A stretch of 39,692 bases of DNA from positions 1 through 39,692 of the IMG/VR virus record IMGVR_UViG_3300017705_000879; one strand, given 5' to 3'. Source of the DNA: a virus. Lineage: Duplodnaviria; Caudoviricetes. Shown one piece after another: positions 24,669 to 33,984 of the stretch (its first letter is position 1; each line of letters starts with the position of its first letter). The position numbers and the translations under genes are program-made. The notes under the pieces were generated by a model, which was not told where the DNA came from, made no database searches, and saw only the letters and a program-made list of their open reading frames with translations.

Positions 24669-25567
24669 GCAATCAGCACAATGGATGTATAAATATTCTT
24701 TCTAGTAGAACAAAGTGTTTGCCTCACTGTATTAAATCGCTTTGGGATAAGTGGAATTTTAGGTACAATTATCCTATTTTTGTTCATTATTTTGATGACA
24801 TTTATGATGATGAGGATTTGAGGCAAGAAATTATAGATTTTACAAAATCGGACATCCGATTTATTTCTATTCCATATGAAACACCCAAGCATATCCCAGA
24901 AGAAGAACTGTTCTACAATAGAAGAGATTTGTGGTATGTGGGCAGCGGAAGGTTCGGGAAAAATAGGAAAGGGTACCTGCATATGTGCCATTTTTATAAC
25001 AATCTATATGAATACCCAGGTACAGAGTTTGATAAGTATGATTACATTTTAAGCGTAGATGATGAATCTTTGTTTTTAAAAGAGGTTCCTTACGACTTTT
25101 TTGAAGTTATGTCTAAGAAGGATAGCATAGCTGGCGCAATTAAACTTACCGACCCCAAGGTCAAACCATTGCACCAGGGCGTATTTGATACTAGGGTCGG
25201 AATATTAGATTTTGTTAAGGGCTATATTGAAAAATATGATGTAGAGATTAAATCAGAGTTTATTGGTAAGTTATTCACGGAGGGGGAAGACTATTTTCAT
25301 CAAAATTTGATTGTAGCCGACTCCTGGATATTTAAAACAGAAATGTTCAAAACTCCAGAATGGAAGCAGTGGACTATGGAATTAAATAATAATGGCGGCG
25401 TCTATAAAGGTAGGTGGGGAGACACAGAGATGAATGTCTTATTTATGCTCACACATTACGGATACCTGCCTTATGATTTTAAAACTGTTGATGAAGGGTA
25501 TCATGATCAGGGCGGCTTAAGACATATTCAGAATTATGCCCCATCGATCAAAGATTTTGAGAAGTGA
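24665..25567 (+). CDS. GT15 (Kre2/Mnt1 alpha-1,2-mannosyltransferase)-like glycosyltransferase
   Basis: NFRYNYP, GYLHMCHF, YDYILSVDDE, YDFF and GGVYKGRWGD mirror Kre2-family YRHMCRF and GGF-YERWGD motifs. Confidence 0.72.
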   Translation: MSNQHNGCINILSSRTKCLPHCIKSLWDKWNFRYNYPIFVHYFDDIYDDEDLRQEIIDFTKSDIRFISIPYETPKHIPEEELFYNRRDLWYVGSGRFGKNRKGYLHMCHFYNNLYEYPGTEFDKYDYILSVDDESLFLKEVPYDFFEVMSKKDSIAGAIKLTDPKVKPLHQGVFDTRVGILDFVKGYIEKYDVEIKSEFIGKLFTEGEDYFHQNLIVADSWIFKTEMFKTPEWKQWTMELNNNGGVYKGRWGDTEMNVLFMLTHYGYLPYDFKTVDEGYHDQGGLRHIQNYAPSIKDFEK

Positions 25568-25571
25568 TGTT

Positions 25572-26528
25572 ATGAATATTCTTTATGTTGATCAAGCAAA
25601 CCGCCTCGCAGAATCCTATATGTATCCATACTATGGAGCAGTTTATAGAGAGTTAAAGATGATGGAGGATGTATATTTTTTTGGCGGTGGTGTGGGGGAC
25701 ATTAACAGTCTTTTATCAAAATATGAAGTTTCTTTTGATTGTATTGTTTTCGGCTTGGGATATTTCGCCCAAGGAAATCCGGGTGCCTGGCAAAAGATAA
25801 ACGGACTTGCAGAATTGGAAATCCCCACAGTGGCATTTCTGCACAAACCACAATCAATGTTAGAGGAAAAGCTCAACTTTTGCAAGATTAACAAAATAAA
25901 TATCTTGGCAGATCCTCATTGTACCCACGAAGAATTTGGACACAGAGTTGGTGCAAGATCTTTTAGGTCTTGGTTCACCGCCTCCCCAGAAGTTTTTTAC
26001 CCAAGAGAAGCTGAAAAAAAATATGATATTGGGTTTAGTGGTGCTCTTCACGGTAGTGGCAAAATTGAGGGGCCAACAAGGGATTTGAGAACCCGAATTC
26101 AAGCAATTTTAGAATCAAACAACTCTTACAATACTTTTTGGAATGGTAGTGATTCTGTCGCCACCAGGATTAAGGACGTTAGCGAATACTCAGCCAAGAT
26201 AAATGAATGTAAGGTGTGGTTATCCACAACTGGGCCTATGTTAGATATTGGCCCCAGATACTTTGAAGTTTTACTCTCAAAAACACTTTTATTTTGCAAC
26301 AATATGCCCTTACAATACGGAGGAACGTTTGTTGATGGAGAGAATTGTGTGATGTTCGAAAATGATTTGAGCAACTTTGAGGATAAGCTTAAATATTATT
26401 TACACAATGATAATGAGAGAGAGACAATTGCTGAACGCGGTTATAATATGGTAAAAGATAAATATACGTGGAAGCATATGGCCATACAAATGTTGGATGA
26501 GGTAAAGAAAGTTGGAAAAACTAAATGA
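25572..26528 (+). CDS. CgeB-like glycosyltransferase (Glyco_trans_1_2)
   Basis: FYP...YDIGFSG, PRYFEV, KYYLHNDNERETIAERGY...YTWKH. Confidence 0.8.
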   Translation: MNILYVDQANRLAESYMYPYYGAVYRELKMMEDVYFFGGGVGDINSLLSKYEVSFDCIVFGLGYFAQGNPGAWQKINGLAELEIPTVAFLHKPQSMLEEKLNFCKINKINILADPHCTHEEFGHRVGARSFRSWFTASPEVFYPREAEKKYDIGFSGALHGSGKIEGPTRDLRTRIQAILESNNSYNTFWNGSDSVATRIKDVSEYSAKINECKVWLSTTGPMLDIGPRYFEVLLSKTLLFCNNMPLQYGGTFVDGENCVMFENDLSNFEDKLKYYLHNDNERETIAERGYNMVKDKYTWKHMAIQMLDEVKKVGKTK

Positions 26529-27036
26529 TGTTTATATTTCTGATGGGTGTGAGATAAAAAGACCTCATTTGTGTAAATTTGGAAATCGTGTAGCTATAGA
26601 TAGGGGATTTTATTGCACAACCTCCTTGGAGGTTGGTGATTATGTTCATATTGGTCCATATGTTACTTGTATTGGAGGGGAAAAGGGCAAGTTTATTGTC
26701 GAGGGATTTAATAACATAATGGCTGGAGCAAGAATAGTTTGTGCCTCGGATCGATTTGATGGATCTGGATTATTTGGTGCTCTTATACCTGAAAGTTTAA
26801 AGGGTAAGCAGATTATTGAGCCCGTGGTGATGGAAAAATTTTCCAACATTGGGACAAACTCAATAATACTTCCTGGGTCAATTTTACGAAAGGGTGTGCT
26901 CCTGACAGCCGGAAGCCTTTTAATGGGAGACACAGAAGAATGGGGAGTGTACAAGGGGAACCCAGCAGTTCTTGTGAAGAAAATAGACCCTCGACAAATA
27001 TTGATTAATGCAGGTAAATTAGGATATGAAGAATAA
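26512..27036 (+). CDS. Left-handed beta-helix acyltransferase
   Basis: Hexapeptide repeats (VGDYVHIGP, IGTNSIILPG) and GNPA; TTG start. Confidence 0.85.
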   Translation: MEKLNDVYISDGCEIKRPHLCKFGNRVAIDRGFYCTTSLEVGDYVHIGPYVTCIGGEKGKFIVEGFNNIMAGARIVCASDRFDGSGLFGALIPESLKGKQIIEPVVMEKFSNIGTNSIILPGSILRKGVLLTAGSLLMGDTEEWGVYKGNPAVLVKKIDPRQILINAGKLGYEE

Positions 27037-27039
27037 CAT

Positions 27040-27447
27040 ATGAAAAGAATATATTCAAACATAGACCCATCAAAGTTAATTTTAACTGAGATAAGGAGAG
27101 CCGAGTTATCAGAGTATAGGGTAGATTTGAGCCCCGATGAAGAGTTCCTACAAGTGTCTGGCAGAAAGTTAAATAAAGATGTTAGAGCCCCCGCCCACAG
27201 ACATCTCCCGATAGATAGGAGCACTGACATTACACAGGAAGCCTGGATTGTTCTTAGTGGGCGCATCAAGGGGGTCTTTTATGACCTAAATAATGAGGTT
27301 TTATACGAAACAATCTTAAAATGTGGAGATTGTGTGGTATTATATAGGGGAGGTCATTCACTCGAAACCCTAGAGGAAGACACCTTATTTTATGAAATCA
27401 AGACAGGTCCATACTTCGGATTAGAGGCAGATAAGGAGAGCATATGA
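27040..27447 (+). CDS. Cupin-fold protein (WbuC-like)
   Basis: AHRH, QEAWIV, GGHS, YEIKTGPY. Confidence 0.75.
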   Translation: MKRIYSNIDPSKLILTEIRRAELSEYRVDLSPDEEFLQVSGRKLNKDVRAPAHRHLPIDRSTDITQEAWIVLSGRIKGVFYDLNNEVLYETILKCGDCVVLYRGGHSLETLEEDTLFYEIKTGPYFGLEADKESI

Positions 27448-28610
27448 TGGATAAGATTATAGATTTGGGAATGCATCCTTATGCGGACACTTTTATAGCA
27501 GAGAATCAATTGGGCCTTTCTGAACCTGTCTACCCCCTCCAGTGCTGGATGGATAGGGAAACTGGAGAGATAAGTTTAAAATATAAGTCAGACTCAAATG
27601 AGAGGTATAATTTATATGACTATTCTTACACTTCTTCAAATTCAAAATTTTCTAGAGGACATTGGGATAAATATGCAAAACATACTTCTGAAAAAATAAA
27701 TCTAAAACCAAATGCTAATATGGTTGAGATCGGGTCAAACGATGGATACCTAGCAGAGCAATTTCAGAAGGCAGGTCATAAAGTCCTGGGTGTAGATCCG
27801 TCAAAATGTATGGTGGATTTGGCTAAGTCGCGAGGAGTGGACACTTATTGTGGTTTATTTGGTGAAGCAACTAGTAATGAAATTAAAGAGAAGTGTGGGT
27901 TGGTAGATTGCATTGTTGCCAATAATGTTTTTAACCACGCTGATGACCCGTTGGATTTTGCCAAGGGTGTTGAAAATTTGTTGTGCGAAGACGGCGTGTT
28001 CATATTTGAAGTTCCATACTGGTATAACACCATTGTCGATGGCCGATTTGACCAAATTTATCACGAACATATAAGCTATTTTACTGTTAAATATTCCTGT
28101 AATCTGCTTGAGAGGGCCGGACTTACTGTTTTTGATGTTGAGGTGGTGGACTACCATGGTGGTTCTATTAGGGTATATTCTAAGAAGAGCCCACAGAATA
28201 TTTCTGAAAATGTTAACAATCTCATCCAAAAGGAGATTGAAGCACGACTATTCGAGGTTGAACTATATTCTGATTTTGTAAAAGAAATTAAAAACAAAAG
28301 ATCCTTATTTATGGAGAAATTATATTCCATAACAAGAGAGGGCAAGCCAATCGTTGGCATTGGAGCCGCCGCTAAAGCAAATACTTTTCTTAACTTTTAT
28401 AATATAGACAGCACAGTTATGGACTATATTACGGATGCATCCGAGCATAAAATCGGAAAATATACGCCCCTAACAAGAATACCAATCTTAGATGATGAAA
28501 CTGTATTTAAAAAATATGAAGAGGTATATGCAGTAATCTTGTCCTGGAACATATCAGACATCTTAAAAGAAAAGTTGAGAGAAATAAATAACAATATTGT
28601 ATTTTTGTAA
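27444..28610 (+). CDS. NDP-hexose C-methyltransferase family (SAM-dependent)
   Basis: DLGMHP, EIGSNDG, NVFNH, FDQIYHEHISYF, HGGSIR, GAAAKANT, KIGKYTP, LSWN. Confidence 0.9.
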   Translation: MMDKIIDLGMHPYADTFIAENQLGLSEPVYPLQCWMDRETGEISLKYKSDSNERYNLYDYSYTSSNSKFSRGHWDKYAKHTSEKINLKPNANMVEIGSNDGYLAEQFQKAGHKVLGVDPSKCMVDLAKSRGVDTYCGLFGEATSNEIKEKCGLVDCIVANNVFNHADDPLDFAKGVENLLCEDGVFIFEVPYWYNTIVDGRFDQIYHEHISYFTVKYSCNLLERAGLTVFDVEVVDYHGGSIRVYSKKSPQNISENVNNLIQKEIEARLFEVELYSDFVKEIKNKRSLFMEKLYSITREGKPIVGIGAAAKANTFLNFYNIDSTVMDYITDASEHKIGKYTPLTRIPILDDETVFKKYEEVYAVILSWNISDILKEKLREINNNIVFL

Positions 28611-28627
28611 ATTTTAGGAGAAATATT

Positions 28628-29035
28628 TTGAAAAAGAGAAATATGTGGAAGAATGACGGAGAACTATTAGAGTTGCACGTTGATGACCGAGGCTCTATTG
28701 TTGATTTATTCTATGATGAAAACATTAATCATGTCGCTACGGTTGTTTCCAAGCCTAATGCAATTAGGGGCAATCACTATCATAAAGAAACCACGCAACA
28801 TATGCTTATGACAAAGGGCTCGTTGGAGTATTGGTATAAGCCGGTAGATTCAAATGAGGATGCAAGGATGGTGCTCGCTGAAGTGGGCGATATAGTCTCC
28901 ACAGAACCTTATGAGATCCATGCACTAAGGATCGGACCAGAGGGGAATGAATTTATAGTATTTTCACACGGAAAGCGCGGAGGAAAAGATTATGAATCTG
29001 ATACCTTCCGCGTCGAAAACATCATAGGTGAATAA
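28628..29035 (+). CDS. Cupin-fold sugar isomerase/epimerase-like (FdtA/RmlC-like)
   Basis: DDRG, RGNHYH, PYEIHA; AGGAG SD. Confidence 0.75.
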   Translation: MKKRNMWKNDGELLELHVDDRGSIVDLFYDENINHVATVVSKPNAIRGNHYHKETTQHMLMTKGSLEYWYKPVDSNEDARMVLAEVGDIVSTEPYEIHALRIGPEGNEFIVFSHGKRGGKDYESDTFRVENIIGE

Positions 29036-29037
29036 GG

Positions 29038-29631
29038 ATGAGTTTTCAAGTAATCACAGATTTTGAGAAAGAGATTGCAGACTTTTTTGGCTCCCCGTAT
29101 GCCGTAGCTGTAGATTGCTGTACGCACAGTCTAGAGTTGTGTTTAAGATATTCTGGCGCAAAATCAATAAGTGTACCAAAACGCACTTATATTTCTGTGC
29201 CCTTTCTTGCTGAAAAGTTAGGAATTGAGTTGAAGTGGAGAGATGAGGATTGGCATAATTATTATTATGTGACAGAGGACATAATTGATGCTGCCATCCT
29301 TTGGGAAGAGAATAGCTACATCCCAGGTACATTCATGTGCATAAGTTTTCAATTCCGAAAACATTTAAGTTTGGGCAGGGGAGGGGTAATTTTGCTAGAC
29401 AATGAAGATGCTGCCTTGGAACTTAAAAAAATGTCATATGATGGCAGAACCCCAACTCCACTTTGGAGAGATCAGGATATAAGTTCAATGGGGTATCACT
29501 ATTATATGACCCCAGAGACGGCGGAAATGGGCTTAAAGAAGTTACCCGAGGCTAAAAAGAATAAACCCAAGCAGTGGGTTGTGTCTGATTATCCAGACCT
29601 AACACAAATGAAAGTATTTAAAACACAATAA
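29038..29631 (+). CDS. DegT-family aminotransferase-like protein (strongly shortened)
   Basis: FE...AVAVDCCT, IDAA, SFQFRKHL...GGVIL, YDGR, GYHYYM; only 197 aa. Confidence 0.8.
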   Translation: MSFQVITDFEKEIADFFGSPYAVAVDCCTHSLELCLRYSGAKSISVPKRTYISVPFLAEKLGIELKWRDEDWHNYYYVTEDIIDAAILWEENSYIPGTFMCISFQFRKHLSLGRGGVILLDNEDAALELKKMSYDGRTPTPLWRDQDISSMGYHYYMTPETAEMGLKKLPEAKKNKPKQWVVSDYPDLTQMKVFKTQ

Positions 29632-29644
29632 ATTGGAGGATCAG

Positions 29645-30619
29645 ATGAAAAAGAAGGCATTTATTACCGGTCTTAGTGGTCAAGATGGAAGTTATTTGGC
29701 AGAATACTTATTGGAAAAGGGCTATGAAGTTCATGGAATTATTAGAAGAAATTCAACACCAGAAAATCAAAGCGTAAGGTTGGAAGGCGTCCTGGATAAG
29801 ATCCATTGTTATTATGGGGACTTACTAGACCAGGGAAGCCTGGAGGCAGCATTGCGCGACATCCAGCCCGATGAAGTTTACAACCTAGCGGCACAGTCTC
29901 ATGTAAGGATTAGTTTTGACATTCCCCAATCCACAGTACAGACAAACGCTCTTGGTGTTTTAAATTTGTTGGAGGCATATAGAAGGAATTGTCCAAATGC
30001 TAAGTTTTATCAAGCCAGTAGTTCTGAGATGTTTGGCCTAACAGTAGATGATGACAATTTCCAGAGGGAAACAACAGTGATGAATCCTGTTTCTCCCTAC
30101 GGGTGTGCCAAAGTATTTGGCTATAACATTGTGAGGAACTATAGGCGAGCATATAATTTGCACCTGACAAATGGCATTCTCTTCAATCACGAATCACCTC
30201 GTAGGGGATCAAACTTTGTGACCAACAAGGTGGCAAAAGCTGCTGCTAAAATTAAGTTAGGAATGCAAGAAACCCTAGAACTTGGAAACATGGATTCCTT
30301 TAGGGATTGGGGGCACTCTAAGGATTATGTCCGAGCTATGCACCTAATGATGCAACAAGACGAACCAGGTGACTGGGTAGTCTCTACAATGGAGACACAT
30401 TCAGTCAGAGAAATGTGCGATTTGGTTTTTAAACATCTGGAACTTGATTACAGAGATTATGTAGTCCAAAATCCCAAATTTATGCGCCCAGAGGAGCTAC
30501 AGTATCTGCGGGGAGATTCTACTAAAATACGAACCGAGTTGGGCTGGGAACCTGAATATACTTTTAAAATGCTGATGGAGGAGATGGTAGATTATTGGTT
30601 GGGAGTATATGGATCATGA
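29645..30619 (+). CDS. gmd: GDP-mannose 4,6-dehydratase
   Basis: ITGLSGQDGSYLAE, NLAAQSHV, YQASSSEMFG, SPYGCAK, ILFNHESPRRG, FVT, RDWGH. Confidence 0.96.
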   Translation: MKKKAFITGLSGQDGSYLAEYLLEKGYEVHGIIRRNSTPENQSVRLEGVLDKIHCYYGDLLDQGSLEAALRDIQPDEVYNLAAQSHVRISFDIPQSTVQTNALGVLNLLEAYRRNCPNAKFYQASSSEMFGLTVDDDNFQRETTVMNPVSPYGCAKVFGYNIVRNYRRAYNLHLTNGILFNHESPRRGSNFVTNKVAKAAAKIKLGMQETLELGNMDSFRDWGHSKDYVRAMHLMMQQDEPGDWVVSTMETHSVREMCDLVFKHLELDYRDYVVQNPKFMRPEELQYLRGDSTKIRTELGWEPEYTFKMLMEEMVDYWLGVYGS

Positions 30620-31314
30620 AATATATGAAACATTATTATGAAAAGTTTAATATGTTTAAGAATATTCTTGATTTGGAAGACCCAACTATTGTAGAGGTTG
30701 GTGCTCACTACGGGGAGGACAGTTTAAGATTTACAGAAGCCTTTGAAAACCCCACCGTGTATTGTTTTGAGCCAGACCCCAGAAACATAGAGATTTTTAA
30801 AAAACACGTCGTGAACTCTAAGGTAAAGCTATTTGAGGTTGCCTTATCGGATAACAATGGCGAAGCAGAATTCTTTCAAAGTTATGATGAGAAGGGATCA
30901 GAAGCTGTCCCAAATAAGTACGATTGGATTAACTTAGATGACTACAAGAACAACAAATTAAGTAATTCTGGCTCTTCCTCTTTGAGGCGCGGGTATGGAA
31001 AAACTTTGCCAGAGAGTATAAAGGTCAAAACAGAGAGGTTTGACACTTGGTTTGAAAATAATAATATTTCTAATGTTGATCTGGTCTGGATGGACGTTCA
31101 GGGAGCAGAAAGAAGCGTTTTGGAGGGAATGGGGGAAAAAATTAAAAATATTAGATTTATCTGGGTTGAATATGGCGAATTGGGATATGAGGGGGCAATG
31201 AGTAGACAAGAAACAGTAAAGTATATGACAAGTAAATCATTTAGTGTTTTAGAGGAATATTCGGATAAGTCCCAGTCCGGCGATTTAATGTTTTGTAATT
31301 TAGGTTTAAAATAG
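30616..31314 (+). CDS. FkbM-family methyltransferase
   Basis: EVGAHYG, FEPDP, VALSD, GSSSL, WMDVQGAE; ATGA overlap. Confidence 0.9.
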   Translation: MKYMKHYYEKFNMFKNILDLEDPTIVEVGAHYGEDSLRFTEAFENPTVYCFEPDPRNIEIFKKHVVNSKVKLFEVALSDNNGEAEFFQSYDEKGSEAVPNKYDWINLDDYKNNKLSNSGSSSLRRGYGKTLPESIKVKTERFDTWFENNNISNVDLVWMDVQGAERSVLEGMGEKIKNIRFIWVEYGELGYEGAMSRQETVKYMTSKSFSVLEEYSDKSQSGDLMFCNLGLK

Positions 31315-31331
31315 GCAGGAGTATAAAATAA

Positions 31332-32171
31332 ATGGTTATTGTAGGATTCACAAATGGCTTTGGAAACAATCTGTTTCAATACATTGCAGCAAAACAATTA
31401 GCAGACTTTCACGAACAGGAGTTGTTTGTAGTCGCTCCACCGAATTATTATGCAAAAAGTGACTTAGAATCCATCGGTATAGAATTTCGCTCGCCTCCAC
31501 GCCGACAACCAGGACAACAAGCAGCGATCCAAGTCAACGACAGTAATTATCAAGATTTCTTTTCAGAGAAAATTACAGACCGTAACTTCAGCGTCTCAGG
31601 GTATTTTGAAGATTATAACTTTTATGTTGATAATCTTTCTGAAATTAAAAGCTGGTTCCCCACGGTTCGTAAGAGGAACGACAAAGATTTGGTGATTCAT
31701 TTTCGCACAGGTGATCGGCTTTTTTATAAAAATGAATTTGATTATAAACCAACTTGCGAACAGTACCTGAAAGCAGTCAAGAAGTTCAAATTCGACAACC
31801 TTCATATTGTCACAGATATGCCAGTTTGGAAATATATTGATAGGGGCGAACTAGAGCAGATGAGTTTTCACGTTAATGTACCCCCGCACCAAAGAGTTGA
31901 TTTATCTCGGTCTGTAGATTATTTCAATTCCCTCGTTCATGGCTTTTCAAAACTTAATCCAATTGTGGAAAATAGGCCGATCATTGAAGATTTTAATTTC
32001 ATTCGAACCTTTGACAATATCTTATTTGAACACGGCACTATGGGGTGGTGGGCAGCAGCACTAAGTAGTGCATCAAAGATCGGAGTCTATGGGCCTTGGC
32101 GACCTTGGAAGGGAGAGTCCAATAAAAACTTAAGCCAGGTAGACCTAAAAGGCTGGTTCCAGTGGAAATAA
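31332..32171 (+). CDS. GT11 alpha-1,2-fucosyltransferase-like glycosyltransferase
   Basis: GFGNNLFQY, GYFE, VIHFRTGD, GTMGWWAA. Confidence 0.8.
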   Translation: MVIVGFTNGFGNNLFQYIAAKQLADFHEQELFVVAPPNYYAKSDLESIGIEFRSPPRRQPGQQAAIQVNDSNYQDFFSEKITDRNFSVSGYFEDYNFYVDNLSEIKSWFPTVRKRNDKDLVIHFRTGDRLFYKNEFDYKPTCEQYLKAVKKFKFDNLHIVTDMPVWKYIDRGELEQMSFHVNVPPHQRVDLSRSVDYFNSLVHGFSKLNPIVENRPIIEDFNFIRTFDNILFEHGTMGWWAAALSSASKIGVYGPWRPWKGESNKNLSQVDLKGWFQWK

Positions 32172-32185
32172 GTGTAAAATACTTT

Positions 32186-32214
32186 TTAAAAAAAATCTTA
32201 CAATAGTGTATAAT
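32186..32214 (+). promoter_or_regulatory. Sigma70-like promoter
   Basis: TTAAAA-17 nt-TATAAT in the largest gap of the sugar cluster; AAGGAG SD follows. Confidence 0.45.
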
Positions 32215-32240
32215 TAGGAATCTTTTAAAGGAGATAGATA

Positions 32241-33137
32241 ATGTCTAGGTGCTTGGTTACGGGTCACAAGGGGTATATTGGAAGTAAGCTATATTCAAAA
32301 CTCCGAGAAATGGGTCATGAGGTCGTTGGAATTGACTTGAAGGAGGGACCACCAAAAGACATTCTAGACTGCCTGTCAAATGAGCCCAACAGCGATTCGT
32401 ACATTTGCCATCTACGAGATGTTTTCTCCGACTTTAAACCAGAATATATCTTTCACTTGGCTTGTATCCCCCGCGTTGTTTATAGTATTGAGGAGCCTGT
32501 CGAGACAATGAGGAATAATGTTTTGGCCACAACGTATGTCCTAGATTTTGCTAGGAGAGTTGGAGCAAAGAGGGTAATCTATTCTGGCTCATCTTCAGTG
32601 GTAGGTAACGGAGACGGCCCTACAAGTCCATATGGACTCCAAAAGCTTATATCAGAAATGGAGTGTAAGTTATACTCAGATTTGTACAAGGTTGATGCTG
32701 TTAGTTTGAGATATTTTAATGTCTATTCACCGTGCCAGACAGTTGACGGGCCTTATGCTACTGCAATTGCTAATTGGATGCATTCCATAAGGGGGGGGAA
32801 TAACCCCTTTATTACGGGCGATGGCTCCCAAAGAAGGGATATGGCAAATCTTGAAGATATTGTCTCTGCAAATGTTTTTGCTATGGAATATGGTGGATTG
32901 TTTGGTGGAGAACACTTTGATATTGGTACCGGTGAGAATATTTCTCTTAATGAGATAAAAGAGATCGCTTTAAAGCATCACCCACAAGTAAAGTTTGATT
33001 ATGTTGAATCTAGAGTGGGAGAGGTTTTATCAACAAAGGCAAATACTAAACCCTTGGAGGATCTGGGATGGAAGCATAAAGTTTCAATCTCTGAGGGTAT
33101 GGAGGAGTGTTTCCGGAGGCTAAAGGATGAACTATAA
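32241..33137 (+). CDS. NAD-dependent nucleotide-sugar epimerase/dehydratase
   Basis: GHKGYIG, HLA, YGLQK, LRYFNVY, GDGSQRRD. Confidence 0.9.
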   Translation: MSRCLVTGHKGYIGSKLYSKLREMGHEVVGIDLKEGPPKDILDCLSNEPNSDSYICHLRDVFSDFKPEYIFHLACIPRVVYSIEEPVETMRNNVLATTYVLDFARRVGAKRVIYSGSSSVVGNGDGPTSPYGLQKLISEMECKLYSDLYKVDAVSLRYFNVYSPCQTVDGPYATAIANWMHSIRGGNNPFITGDGSQRRDMANLEDIVSANVFAMEYGGLFGGEHFDIGTGENISLNEIKEIALKHHPQVKFDYVESRVGEVLSTKANTKPLEDLGWKHKVSISEGMEECFRRLKDEL

Positions 33138-33984
33138 AATTGGAATCGTTGGGCAAGGATTTGTTGGAACAGCCATTCGAGAGGGGCTCCAAAGCTTCTA
33201 TAATGTTCAAACTTATGATAAATTTAAAACAGAACTCTCTACCTGTCAAAATCTAAAAGAACTATGCTCTAATACAAATATGATTTTCACTTGCCTTCCG
33301 ACCCCAATGAATGAAGACGGGAGTTGTGACCTTTCAGTCATTGAAGACACCATCAAACAATTAAACGAACTTGGAAATGGGCACATAATCATAATTAAAT
33401 CAACTGTACCACCGGGCACAACAAAGAGATTAAATGCCCAGTGCGAAAATATTGATATCGTCTTTAGCCCAGAGTTTCTAACTGAGGCAAACTTTATCGA
33501 GGACTTTCGAAGCCAGAATCGTATCTTAATTGGAGGCCCAAGACCAGCCTCAACTCACGTTAAAAATATGTTTGGAAAAGTTTTCCAAGGCATCCCAATT
33601 ATTAAAACTGGCTCAAATACAGCAGAAATGGTTAAATATTTCACTAACTGCTTCCTTGCTACAAAAGTTGGCTTTGCGAACGAAATGAGGCAAATCTGCG
33701 ACCAGAGCGAAATTGACTATGATAAGGTTGTTGAATATTCACTCTATGATAATAGAATTGGATCTACTCACCTCTCCACACCAGGCCCAGATGGAAAAAG
33801 AGGTTTTGGGGGGTCTTGCTTCCCAAAGGATATAAATGCACTAATCGACATCGCACTGGGTTGTGACGTATCACCAATGATTCTGAAAGCAGTGTGGAAT
33901 AAGAATCTAGAAGTACGCCCTGAGAGAGATTGGGAAAATCTAAAAGGAAGGGCCGTTTCAAATAGAGGTAGAAACAATGATTGA
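33127..33984 (+). CDS. ugd: UDP-glucose/GDP-mannose dehydrogenase family, lacking the C-terminal domain
   Basis: GQGFVG, CLPTP, IKSTVPPGTT, SPEFLTE, AEMVKY, GFGGSCFPKD; 285 aa. Confidence 0.88.
   Translation: MNYKIGIVGQGFVGTAIREGLQSFYNVQTYDKFKTELSTCQNLKELCSNTNMIFTCLPTPMNEDGSCDLSVIEDTIKQLNELGNGHIIIIKSTVPPGTTKRLNAQCENIDIVFSPEFLTEANFIEDFRSQNRILIGGPRPASTHVKNMFGKVFQGIPIIKTGSNTAEMVKYFTNCFLATKVGFANEMRQICDQSEIDYDKVVEYSLYDNRIGSTHLSTPGPDGKRGFGGSCFPKDINALIDIALGCDVSPMILKAVWNKNLEVRPERDWENLKGRAVSNRGRNND

Noticed and set aside
17810-33984. Bacterial O-antigen/capsule locus or serotype-conversion cassette
   Set aside because: No wzx/wzy/wzm/wzt, priming transferase or gtrAB-like membrane genes, and it is contiguous with phage-type genes on both sides.
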